Shown here piece after piece: positions 19,806 through 28,071 of a stretch of 64,000 bases of DNA (position 1 is its first letter; each line of letters begins with the position of its first letter). The notes beneath the pieces are model-generated. The model searched no databases. It saw only the letters and a list, made by a program, of their open reading frames with translations, and was not told the origin of the DNA. Location: the NCBI GenBank assembly GCA_023133655.1, contig JAGLWB010000041.1:5405-69404 (forward strand). Direction: 5' to 3'. Both the position numbers and the translations under genes were made by a program. The stretch comes from Bacteroidales bacterium (GTDB lineage: Bacteria; Bacteroidota; Bacteroidia; Bacteroidales; JAGONC01).

Positions 19806-20687
19806 TTAATATTTAACCTCTTCTGCGATACTGGAATCAACCAATATTCTTCCGCAATATTCACAAACGATGATTTTTTTGTGCATGCGAATATCCAAAT
19901 GACGTTGGGGGGGTATTTTACTGAAACAACCACCGCAGGCATCTCTTTCTATCTGAACCACAGCTAAGCCGTTTCTTGCATTCTTGCGAATACGTTTATA
20001 TGCCTTCAAGAGGCGGTCTTCAATGAATTTTTCGTTTTCATCCGATTTATCAACCAGACGTTCCTCTTCTTTCTCTGTCTCAGCTACAATATCGTCCAAC
20101 TCTCCCTTTTTAATCTCCAGATCATTTTTCCTTTCTGAAAGGGTACTCTCTGCATCTTCGACATCTGTTTTTGTGGCCTCAAACGATACGGTAAATTCAC
20201 TAATTCTCTTCTCCGAAAGCTGAATTTCAAGGATTTGAAATTCAATTTCCTTGGTTAATGAATCATACTCCCTATTATTTCGAACATTCATTTGTTGCTC
20301 TTTGTATCGGGTGATCAATGCTTCACTTTCCTTAATGGCCTGCTGCTTTTCACTAATCGATTTTTCATATGATTCAATACCTTGTCGATAATTCTCCAAT
20401 CTGGTTTCAAGGCCTACAATCTCATCTTCCAGATCCTGAACCTCAAGTGGTAATTCACCCCTAATAATGCGTATCTTATCAACCTGTGAATCAATCTGTT
20501 GAAGCGTATACAAAGCAATTAATTTCTGCTCAATACTGACGTCAGTGCTTTCTTCCTGAACTTCTTCCTTCTTTTTCTTTGCTTTGGAAACTTCAACGGA
20601 TGCTTTTACCTTTTTCTTTGCCGCAGTCTTCGTAGTTTTTGTTTTCGCAGCTGTTGATGTAGATTTGCTGGTTTTTGCTTTAGCCAT
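19806..20687 (-). CDS. COG1579-type C4 zinc-ribbon/coiled-coil protein with histone H1-like Lys/Ala/Thr-rich N-terminal extension
   Basis: Long coiled coil followed by 'CGGCFSKIPPQ...CEYCGRIL' (a CxxC...CxxC ribbon). Sits directly downstream of nif3, the conserved partner. The first ~45 aa read 'AKAKTSKSTSTAAKTKTTKTAAKKKVKASVEVSKAKKKK'. Confidence 0.8.
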   Translation of the reverse strand: MAKAKTSKSTSTAAKTKTTKTAAKKKVKASVEVSKAKKKKEEVQEESTDVSIEQKLIALYTLQQIDSQVDKIRIIRGELPLEVQDLEDEIVGLETRLENYRQGIESYEKSISEKQQAIKESEALITRYKEQQMNVRNNREYDSLTKEIEFQILEIQLSEKRISEFTVSFEATKTDVEDAESTLSERKNDLEIKKGELDDIVAETEKEEERLVDKSDENEKFIEDRLLKAYKRIRKNARNGLAVVQIERDACGGCFSKIPPQRHLDIRMHKKIIVCEYCGRILVDSSIAEEVKY

Positions 20688-20718
20688 TCTTATAATTTAT
20701 TTACTGAACAATAATTCG

Positions 20719-21828
20719 TTAAAAATAATGCACAGCATTTGTTTGCTGTTCTGAAATAAGGACTGCAAATGTAGGTATTTTTTTAAAAAGTATATCATGT
20801 AATAACTCTTTTGTAAATATCTCACTTTCAAAATGCCCTATATCGGCTATAAGAATCCGTCCATCAGCTTCAAAAAAACTATGATAATTAATATCTCCTG
20901 TCAGAAATGCATCAGCGCAAGCACTTTTGGCGTTATCAATCAAAAAGCTTCCTGATCCACCACAAAGAGCTACTTTTTTAATCTTACGCCCTGTTAATGC
21001 TGAATGCCGGATACAAGGAATATTGAACACCTCTTTTATCTTTTCCAGGAAATCGTTTTCTTTTATGCCCTCTCTCAGCGAACCTATAATACCAGAACCA
21101 ATCATATTGCTTAAATTGTTTAAAGAGTAAAGATCGTATGCAACCTCTTCATATGGATGTGCCTCAATCATAGCCTTTAATATCGCAGTTTCCCTGTAAA
21201 CCGGGTAAATAGTTTCAATTCTAATCTCTTGCTCAAAATGTAAAGATCCCTCTTCTCCAACATATGGGTTGCTATTCTCTCCAGGCCTGAAACTACCTGA
21301 TCCTTCTAAATTGAAGCTACAATAGTCATAATTACCAATATGGCCTGCTCCGGCATGGAAAATAGCATTTCTTACATCTTCAGCCTTGTCAACCGGACAG
21401 AAAGTAACAAGCTTTCGTAATATTTCCTTTTGGGGCGATAAAATTTGAATATCCATTAACCCCAACTTCTTGGCAACAAAACCACTCACCCCGCCAATTA
21501 CATTATCAAGATTTGTATGGGCAGCATAAATGGCAATATCATGCTTAATGGCCCTGACTAATATCCGTTCAACAGGTCCATCTACATTTAGTGTTTTTAA
21601 TGCTTTAAAAATCAGCGGATGATGAGAAATAATAAGGTTGCAATCTTTATCAATTGCTTCGTCGATGACAGGCTCCGTAACGTCAAGGCAAATTAAAGCT
21701 TTTCTAATATCTTTATCGCCAGATCCCAAAAGCAGGCCTGCATTATCATAGGATTCCTGCAACATTAGAGGAGCTTCCTCTTCAATAATAGCTGTAATTT
21801 CTTTTAGCTTCATATGCTTACTTTCCAT
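20719..21828 (-). CDS. Nif3-like dinuclear metal centre protein (GTP cyclohydrolase 1 type 2 homologue)
   Basis: 'SYDNAGLL', 'ISHHPLIF' and 'AAHTNLD' motifs with an inserted central domain. 369 aa. An alternative ATG at 21813 ('MKLKEITAIIEE') is equally plausible. Confidence 0.9.
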   Translation of the reverse strand: MESKHMKLKEITAIIEEEAPLMLQESYDNAGLLLGSGDKDIRKALICLDVTEPVIDEAIDKDCNLIISHHPLIFKALKTLNVDGPVERILVRAIKHDIAIYAAHTNLDNVIGGVSGFVAKKLGLMDIQILSPQKEILRKLVTFCPVDKAEDVRNAIFHAGAGHIGNYDYCSFNLEGSGSFRPGENSNPYVGEEGSLHFEQEIRIETIYPVYRETAILKAMIEAHPYEEVAYDLYSLNNLSNMIGSGIIGSLREGIKENDFLEKIKEVFNIPCIRHSALTGRKIKKVALCGGSGSFLIDNAKSACADAFLTGDINYHSFFEADGRILIADIGHFESEIFTKELLHDILFKKIPTFAVLISEQQTNAVHYF

Positions 21829-21840
21829 TAATCATTGGTA

Positions 21841-21883
21841 AATTTTAATAATTCTTTCGAAATTAATAATTCTTTTTCAAATT
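21841..21883. repeat. Imperfect tandem duplication (~18-19 nt unit, core TTAATAATTCTTT x2) in the nif3/lpxK divergent spacer
   Basis: Identical 13-mers at 21845-21857 and 21863-21875, each followed by C-(N)-AAATT. Confidence 0.6.
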
Positions 21884-21997
21884 AAATGTACGAAACTAAA
21901 TTTCAAGATATTCGTTTCAATAAATAAATAAGAAAAAAGCAAAAGTTAATCCCGGAAACAAAACTACCGGAAATATAAAACAAAAGCATTTTAAGCT

Positions 21998-23056
21998 GTG
22001 AATTTTCTTCAAGCAATACTCGTTCCTGTCTCCCTTCTCTATGGAATAGGGGTTTCTATACGAAATTTATGTTTTGACCTGAAGATTCTCCCTGATACAA
22101 AATATAAAAAACCAGTTATTTCGGTTGGTAATCTGTGCGCCGGAGGAGCAGGAAAAACGCCTCAGGTTGAGTACCTGATTAAGCTTCTATTAGAAAATAA
22201 TTTTAAAGTAGCCGTGCTAAGCAGGGGTTACAAAAGAAAAACCAAAGGTTTTTTACATGCTGGCCCCATGACTTCAATTGAAGAGCTTGGTGATGAGGCA
22301 TGGCAGATTAAAAATAAATTTGATAACCTGATCGTTGCTGTGGATGAAAAACGGACAAGGGGAATATCCACACTGCTGGAAATGCATGATGATATTGATG
22401 TAATCCTGCTTGATGATGCTTATCAGCACAGATCCGTCAAACCCGGATTATCCATTTTGTTGACTGATTTTCATCATTTGTTTATAAAAGATTTTATGTT
22501 ACCGTCTGGAAGACTTCGTGAACCAGCCTGGAACTATAAAAGAGCTGATATTATTATTGTTACAAAAACCGACAGGGTGTTTTCTCCAATAACTCAAAGA
22601 GGTTTGAACGAGGAAATTAAGCCGAGACCCTACCAGGAACTTCATTTTTCATACATAAAATATGGGCCTTTCATTTCTTTGACCGGCGAAGAGAGTCCGG
22701 ATAATAAAAAAAGTTTTAGTTCAATATTACTGGTAGCAGGTATTGCAAACCTTTACCCGTTGGAGTTTCATTTAAAAAATTACTGCACTCATTTAGACAC
22801 CTTATGTTTCAAAGATCACCACTGGTATACTCCGAAAGATGGACAAATGATCAGGGATTATTTTCAAAACACCGTTGCAAGAAATAAAATTATTGTAACT
22901 ACTGAAAAAGATGCTGCCAGATTGAGAAAATCCGATATCTTTGAATTTATTAAAGATCTGCCTGTTTATTACATCCCTATTTGTACAATGATCCATGAAC
23001 CAGGCAAATCTCTTTTTGATAAAAGAATTCTTGACTATGTTAGAAGAGATAAATAA
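21998..23056 (+). CDS. lpxK: Tetraacyldisaccharide 4'-kinase
   Basis: P-loop 'GNLCAGGAGKTP', 'SRGY' and 'LDDAYQH' motifs. GTG start. Confidence 0.9.
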   Translation: MNFLQAILVPVSLLYGIGVSIRNLCFDLKILPDTKYKKPVISVGNLCAGGAGKTPQVEYLIKLLLENNFKVAVLSRGYKRKTKGFLHAGPMTSIEELGDEAWQIKNKFDNLIVAVDEKRTRGISTLLEMHDDIDVILLDDAYQHRSVKPGLSILLTDFHHLFIKDFMLPSGRLREPAWNYKRADIIIVTKTDRVFSPITQRGLNEEIKPRPYQELHFSYIKYGPFISLTGEESPDNKKSFSSILLVAGIANLYPLEFHLKNYCTHLDTLCFKDHHWYTPKDGQMIRDYFQNTVARNKIIVTTEKDAARLRKSDIFEFIKDLPVYYIPICTMIHEPGKSLFDKRILDYVRRDK

Positions 23057-23849
23057 AACCGTTTCATTAATCAGAGAAAAAACGACCACAATTCCATATG
23101 CCGGAATTATCCTTGGGACAGGACTGGGAAACCTGGTAAAAGAGATAAAAACTGAAACGGTTATTCCATACGATTCATTACATTATTTCCCTGTTTCAAC
23201 GGTAAAAGGGCATAAGGGGAACCTGATATTTGGCGAATTAGGTGGAAAAAAAGTGGTTGCCATGCAAGGGCGCTTCCATTTTTATGAGGGATACTCTTTC
23301 AATAAACTATCCTTACCTGTTCGGGTGCTTAAAAACCTGGGCATCGAGTTATTGATCCTATCGAATGCCAGTGGAGGGGTTAATCCAGATTTTAATATCG
23401 GTGACATGATGATCGTTGAAGACCAGATCAATCTCATGTCAGGTAATCCTTTGATTGGGCCATATAATCCAGGCTTTGGCGACCGGTTCCCTGATATGAG
23501 TGAGCCTTATAACAGCGAAATTATCCAAAAAGTAAAAACAATCGCCCTGAAAAATAATATTTCAACCAAATCAGGTGTCTTAGCTGCCGTTACCGGACCA
23601 TGCTTTGAAACACCGGCAGAATACAGATACATCAGAACTATTGGTGCAGATGCTGTGGGAATGTCTATTATCCCTGAAGTTATTACAGCACGTCAAATGA
23701 AACTGAAATGTTTCGCTATTTCTGTTATATCCGACCTTGGTATTGAGGGTAGGATAGTAGAAGTAACTCACGCAGATGTGATGGAAGCTGCGAGCAAAGT
23801 TGAGCCAAAAATGACGTTGCTTATCAGGGAATTATTGGAGTCAAGTTAA
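23037..23849 (+). CDS. Purine nucleoside phosphorylase (PNP/PunA type)
   Basis: 'SNASGG', 'GPCFETPAEYR' and 'GADAVGMSIIPEV' motifs. ATG at 23037 ('MLEEINKT') preferred over the track start 22995, which overlaps lpxK by 62 nt. Confidence 0.85.
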   Translation: MLEEINKTVSLIREKTTTIPYAGIILGTGLGNLVKEIKTETVIPYDSLHYFPVSTVKGHKGNLIFGELGGKKVVAMQGRFHFYEGYSFNKLSLPVRVLKNLGIELLILSNASGGVNPDFNIGDMMIVEDQINLMSGNPLIGPYNPGFGDRFPDMSEPYNSEIIQKVKTIALKNNISTKSGVLAAVTGPCFETPAEYRYIRTIGADAVGMSIIPEVITARQMKLKCFAISVISDLGIEGRIVEVTHADVMEAASKVEPKMTLLIRELLESS

Positions 23850-24607
23850 TGGAATTCAAAAAATATTTGATCCTTTCTTTCGGGCTTTTTATAGCCTCCA
23901 TATTCAGTTGTAATCCCCCATTATCTGAAGATGAAGTATGTGAGATTACCGGTAAAATAACAGGAGGTGAGGGAAAGCAACTAGTTTTATTGGAACTGGA
24001 TAGCAAAAATATCTTTGCCATTGATTCAACGTTTTTAAAGAACCAAACCGGGGAATTTCATTTTCAGTTTATTCCTCAGGAAGCCGGAATATTTCTCCTT
24101 CAAAACGAATCAGACGAATATATCATTTTAATTATCCATAAAGGAGACCGAATTTCGATTAATGCAAAATATTCAACGATTGATGAGGGATATCACATCC
24201 AGGGATCCGATCAATCCTTGCTCCTACAATCATATCTAACTAAAACAAAAAGAAGGCGGGATAAAGTAGAGGAGCTTTACGTTACATTCCGCTCCAGACA
24301 GCATGATAGTGATTTTTATATGGTGAGGGATTCTTTAAATATGATATTTGACTCACTAAGAATAAGTCAGAAAAAACAGGTGATAGAATTCATAGAGAAC
24401 CACCCTGCAACACTTGCAGCTCTTTTTGCCATTAACTATCGTTTTGGAAATAATTATTTATTGAATGAAGAAAATGATATTGAATATTTTGAAAAAATAG
24501 ATAGCGGATTATCAATAAAATATCCCAACAATAAGCATTCCATAGATCACCATCAACGTGTTTTAAATATTAAAACTCGCATGCAAGAGAGCAATGGGGA
24601 AAAATAA
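23849..24607 (+). CDS. DUF4369-type lipoprotein lacking the usual thioredoxin-fold domain
   Basis: Lipoprotein signal 'LFIASIFSC'. The beta-rich block 'ITGKITGGEGKQLVLLELD...GEFHFQF...GIFLLQ...ILIIHKGDRISI' is typical of the N-terminal domain of Bacteroidota TlpA/ResA-like proteins. It is followed only by a helical linker. TAATG overlap with the PNP gene. Confidence 0.5.
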   Translation: MEFKKYLILSFGLFIASIFSCNPPLSEDEVCEITGKITGGEGKQLVLLELDSKNIFAIDSTFLKNQTGEFHFQFIPQEAGIFLLQNESDEYIILIIHKGDRISINAKYSTIDEGYHIQGSDQSLLLQSYLTKTKRRRDKVEELYVTFRSRQHDSDFYMVRDSLNMIFDSLRISQKKQVIEFIENHPATLAALFAINYRFGNNYLLNEENDIEYFEKIDSGLSIKYPNNKHSIDHHQRVLNIKTRMQESNGEK

Positions 24608-24667
24608 AATTAACAGAAGTAATTCAACAAAACTATGTAAATTAGCGCTGAATTCATCATTAATGTA

Positions 24668-25429
24668 ATGGCCGGAAAAAAAAAGATATATTTTGCTTCA
24701 GACTTTCACCTTGGTGTCCCTGATTATGAAAATAGTTTAATAAGAGAAAAACTGTTTGTAACATGGCTGGATGAGGTCAGGAGTGATGCGGGTGAAATTT
24801 ATTTAATGGGCGATATTTTTGATTTCTGGTTTGAATACAAAACGGTAATACCAAAAGGGTTTGTCCGTATTTTAGGAAAGCTTGCCGAAATCACCGATTC
24901 GGGAATCCCGGTCTATCTGTTTAAAGGGAATCATGATGTTTGGGCGTTTGATTACCTTCAGAAGGAAATCAATATTCAGCTTTTTCGCCAACCGGAGATA
25001 AAAATATTTGGGAATAAAAGATTTTACCTTGCTCATGGCGACGGGCTTGGGCCGGGAGACACCGGGTACAAATTCCTAAAAAAAGTGTTTGCATTTCGAC
25101 CCAACCAGTGGTTATTTAACTGGTTGCATCCTGACATTGGCACACGTATGGGGTTATATTTTTCAAAAAAAAGCCGTTATGCCCACATTGCAAAGGAAGG
25201 ACGTAAAGAAAAAATCAATGACTTTCATGATGAAATGCTATATAAATACAGTCTAAATATTCTAAAAGAAGATAAGGATATTGATTATTTTGTTTTTGGC
25301 CACCGTCATCTTCCTTTGGATATCAGACTTAATGAAAAAACACGGTTTATTATTCTGGGGGATTGGCTAACCAATTTTTCTTATGCTGTATTTGACGGGA
25401 ATGAACTTGAATTAAAATATTACAAATAG
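24668..25429 (+). CDS. lpxH: UDP-2,3-diacylglucosamine diphosphatase
   Basis: Calcineurin-like metallophosphoesterase motifs 'SDFHLG', 'GDIFDFW', 'GNHD' and 'HGD'. 253 aa. Confidence 0.8.
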   Translation: MAGKKKIYFASDFHLGVPDYENSLIREKLFVTWLDEVRSDAGEIYLMGDIFDFWFEYKTVIPKGFVRILGKLAEITDSGIPVYLFKGNHDVWAFDYLQKEINIQLFRQPEIKIFGNKRFYLAHGDGLGPGDTGYKFLKKVFAFRPNQWLFNWLHPDIGTRMGLYFSKKSRYAHIAKEGRKEKINDFHDEMLYKYSLNILKEDKDIDYFVFGHRHLPLDIRLNEKTRFIILGDWLTNFSYAVFDGNELELKYYK

Positions 25430-25433
25430 CCAT

Positions 25434-26450
25434 TTACAAACTCATCCATTTCTCAACAAGTTCAACCAGCCTGGCAGCATAGCCTGCTTCATTATCATAC
25501 CATGCCACTACTTTTACCAGTTTATTTTTATCTCCCAGGACAGCTGTCAGATGAGCATCAAAAACAGCTGAATGGGTATTACCTATGATATCTGACGAAA
25601 CAATACAATCTTCCGTATATTGCAAAATCCCTTTCATTTTTCCTTCAGCAGCTTTTTTAAAGGCTTTGTTGATATCTTCGATACTTGTTGGTTTTTTCAG
25701 TGTACAGATAAGGTCAGTCAGCGAACCATTTAGCACAGGAACCCTTATGCCGGCACCTCCTAAATTCCTTTTCAGATGAGGAAATATCCTGGTTGCGGCT
25801 TTAGCTGCTCCAGTCGTTGTGGGAATAATAGAATGTGCCGCTGCACGACCACGACGAAGGTCGCTGTGACGCCCGTCAATAAGGTTTTGATCTTTTGTAT
25901 AGGAGTGAACCGTTGTGATAAAACCTTTTTCCAGGCCCCAGTTTTCATCAAGTATCTTGATAAGTGGTGCAACACAGTTGGTGGTGCATGAAGAATTAGA
26001 AATCACAACATCGTCTTTGCTTAAAATATGGTCGTTGATACCAAGAACAAGGTATTTTACATTGTTGGACTTGCCTTTGGCAGGCGCAGAGATAATTACT
26101 TTTTTTGCTCCTGCTTTGATATGTTTTAAGGCTTTCCCTCTGGTTGTAAATTCACCGGTTGATTCAATAACTATATCAATATCAAGCTCTTTCCATGGTA
26201 GTTTTTCCGGATTTTTTTCCGACAAAACCCTTATTCTACGACCATTAACAATAAGATAATCACCATCAACTGAGATTTCGCCTTTAAACGCGCCGTGGAC
26301 AGAATCATATTTCACGAGATGAGCGATGATTTCTGAACTGGTAAGGTCGTTTACCGCAACAATATCGATCATTTTTCTTTCCAACAGGTATCGAAATGTT
26401 ATCCTGCCAATTCGTCCAAATCCATTGATCGCTAATCTTATTTTTGCCAT
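25434..26450 (-). CDS. gap: Type I glyceraldehyde-3-phosphate dehydrogenase
   Basis: 'INGFGRIGR' NAD motif and catalytic 'SCTTNC'. ATG at 26450 ('MAKIRLAINGFGRIGR') preferred over the track start 26501. Confidence 0.95.
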   Translation of the reverse strand: MAKIRLAINGFGRIGRITFRYLLERKMIDIVAVNDLTSSEIIAHLVKYDSVHGAFKGEISVDGDYLIVNGRRIRVLSEKNPEKLPWKELDIDIVIESTGEFTTRGKALKHIKAGAKKVIISAPAKGKSNNVKYLVLGINDHILSKDDVVISNSSCTTNCVAPLIKILDENWGLEKGFITTVHSYTKDQNLIDGRHSDLRRGRAAAHSIIPTTTGAAKAATRIFPHLKRNLGGAGIRVPVLNGSLTDLICTLKKPTSIEDINKAFKKAAEGKMKGILQYTEDCIVSSDIIGNTHSAVFDAHLTAVLGDKNKLVKVVAWYDNEAGYAARLVELVEKWMSL

Positions 26451-26483
26451 TTCTTTACTGTTTCTTTTTAAAATACAGGAGGG

Positions 26484-26491
26484 CAAATTTA
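26484..26491 (-). promoter_or_regulatory. Putative -7 box (TAAATTTG on minus strand) for gap
   Basis: CAAATTTA on the plus strand, 34 nt upstream of the ATG at 26450. Confidence 0.35.
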
Positions 26492-26628
26492 AACATTTCA
26501 ACTGTTTTTAGTATCCTTTTTGTTGAGAATTATTACTTTTGCCTTTTCCTAATCCTGAAAATCATCAAAGAGAAACTTTGTAACTTCTTTGTGTAACCTT
26601 ACACCAGGATATTTTATTAAAAATAAAC

Positions 26629-26646
26629 ATAATAATAATAATAATA
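26629..26646. repeat. (ATA)6 trinucleotide microsatellite
   Basis: 'ataataataataataata' lies 20 nt upstream of the dipeptidase ATG. Confidence 0.9.
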
Positions 26647-26665
26647 AATTAAATAAAAATACATA

Positions 26666-28036
26666 ATGGAAAACATAAAACAATACATTGAAAAGCATAA
26701 AGATCGCTTTCTTGAAGAACTTTTTGAATTGATCCGTATTCCCTCTATCAGTTCGTTGTCTGAGCACAAACCTGATATGATGAAGGCAGCAGAATATTGG
26801 AAAAAAACAATACTGGATGCTGGTGCCGACAAGGCAGAAATTTTTGAAACAGAAGGAAATCCAGTCACGTATGGAGAAAAGATCATCGATCCGGATCTTC
26901 CTACTGTCCTGATATATGGACATATGGATGTAATGCCTGTTGATCCGCTGGATTTATGGAAAACGAAACCTTTTGAACCGGAAATCAGAAATGAAATTAT
27001 TTATGCAAGGGGAGCAGATGATGATAAAGGGCAGGCTTTTATGCATGCAAAAGCTTTTGAGTACATGATACGATCAAACACATTGCCGTGTAATGTCAAG
27101 TTCATGATTGAAGGCGAAGAAGAAATTGGATCTCCTAATCTTGGTAAATTCTGCGATAATTATAAAGAAATGTTAAAAGCTGACATCATCCTTGTCTCTG
27201 ATACGGGTATGATTGCCACAGACATCCCTTCTATTACCACCGGATTGCGAGGGCTTAGTTTTATGGAGGTTGAAGTAACAGGGCCGAACAAGGATCTGCA
27301 TTCCGGGTTGTTTGGTGGAGCAGTTGCCAATCCGGCTAATGTCCTGGCAAAAATGATCGCGTCATTAACCGATGAAAACAACAGGATCACAATCCCCGGG
27401 TTCTATAATGATGTTATGGAAGTGAGTGATGAAGAGAGAGCGGAAATGGCGAAAGCGCCATTTAACCTGGATGAGTACAAAAAAGCCCTGGATATTGATG
27501 AAGTTTCAGGAGAAAAAGGGTTTACCACAAATGAACGTACGGGTATCCGGCCTGCTCTTGATGTTAATGGTATCTGGGGTGGTTATACCGGTGAAGGGGC
27601 AAAGACCGTTTTACCTTCCAAAGCTTTTGCTAAAATATCCATGCGCCTGGTTCCAAACCAGGATCATATAAAAATCAGTGAACTGTTCGAAAAACACTTC
27701 AAAGCTATTGCTCCGCCTTATGTTAAAGTAAATGTTAAGTCATTACATGGTGGGCAGGGATATGTATCCCCTACCGATATGATAGCTTATGAAGCAGCTG
27801 ATAAAGCCTATACCGAAACTTATGGCCAGAAACCGGTTCCTGTTAGAAGTGGCGGCAGCATTCCCATTATTTCCACTTTTGAAGAAAAATTAGGGATCAA
27901 ATCCATTCTTATGGGTTTTGGCCTTGAATCGGATGCGATCCATTCACCTAACGAGAATTTCCCGTTAGTTCAATTCTTTAACGGAATTGAGACCATAACT
28001 TATTTTTATAAATATTATGTGGAGTTGATGAAATAA
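26666..28036 (+). CDS. M20-family metallodipeptidase (DUG1/CNDP-like)
   Basis: 'HMDV', 'GADDDKG' and 'EGEEEIGS' metal-binding motifs. 456 aa. Confidence 0.85.
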   Translation: MENIKQYIEKHKDRFLEELFELIRIPSISSLSEHKPDMMKAAEYWKKTILDAGADKAEIFETEGNPVTYGEKIIDPDLPTVLIYGHMDVMPVDPLDLWKTKPFEPEIRNEIIYARGADDDKGQAFMHAKAFEYMIRSNTLPCNVKFMIEGEEEIGSPNLGKFCDNYKEMLKADIILVSDTGMIATDIPSITTGLRGLSFMEVEVTGPNKDLHSGLFGGAVANPANVLAKMIASLTDENNRITIPGFYNDVMEVSDEERAEMAKAPFNLDEYKKALDIDEVSGEKGFTTNERTGIRPALDVNGIWGGYTGEGAKTVLPSKAFAKISMRLVPNQDHIKISELFEKHFKAIAPPYVKVNVKSLHGGQGYVSPTDMIAYEAADKAYTETYGQKPVPVRSGGSIPIISTFEEKLGIKSILMGFGLESDAIHSPNENFPLVQFFNGIETITYFYKYYVELMK

Positions 28037-28071
28037 AAAAGAATTCTTCATAAAGCAGCTAGGAAGTATAA

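Noticed and set aside
21829-21997. AT-rich divergent spacers (21829-21997, 52374-52577, 56670-57043) considered as oriC or dif candidates.
   Set aside because: No TTATCCACA-type DnaA-box clusters and no XerCD dif-like 28-mer were seen. No dnaA or dnaN is nearby.
22995-23036. Upstream extensions of several track ORFs (PNP 22995, lipoprotein 16856, korA 34560, gap 26501, deoC 61807, mazG 10231, pssA 52563, membrane protein 49714).
   Set aside because: Most begin at TTG/GTG or overlap the preceding gene. Internal ATGs give canonical family N-termini or proper signal peptides. These remain predictions without experimental N-termini.
25915-26259. 114-aa ORF antisense within gap (and neighbouring short antisense ORFs 25585-25991).
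   Set aside because: Opposite a near-certain GAPDH gene. Typical shadow ORFs.
26549-26923. 124-aa minus-strand ORF spanning the gap/dipeptidase spacer and the dipeptidase 5' end.
   Set aside because: It overlaps the well-supported M20 dipeptidase start. Its sequence is Phe/Leu/Cys-rich nonsense derived from AT-rich and (ATA)n DNA.
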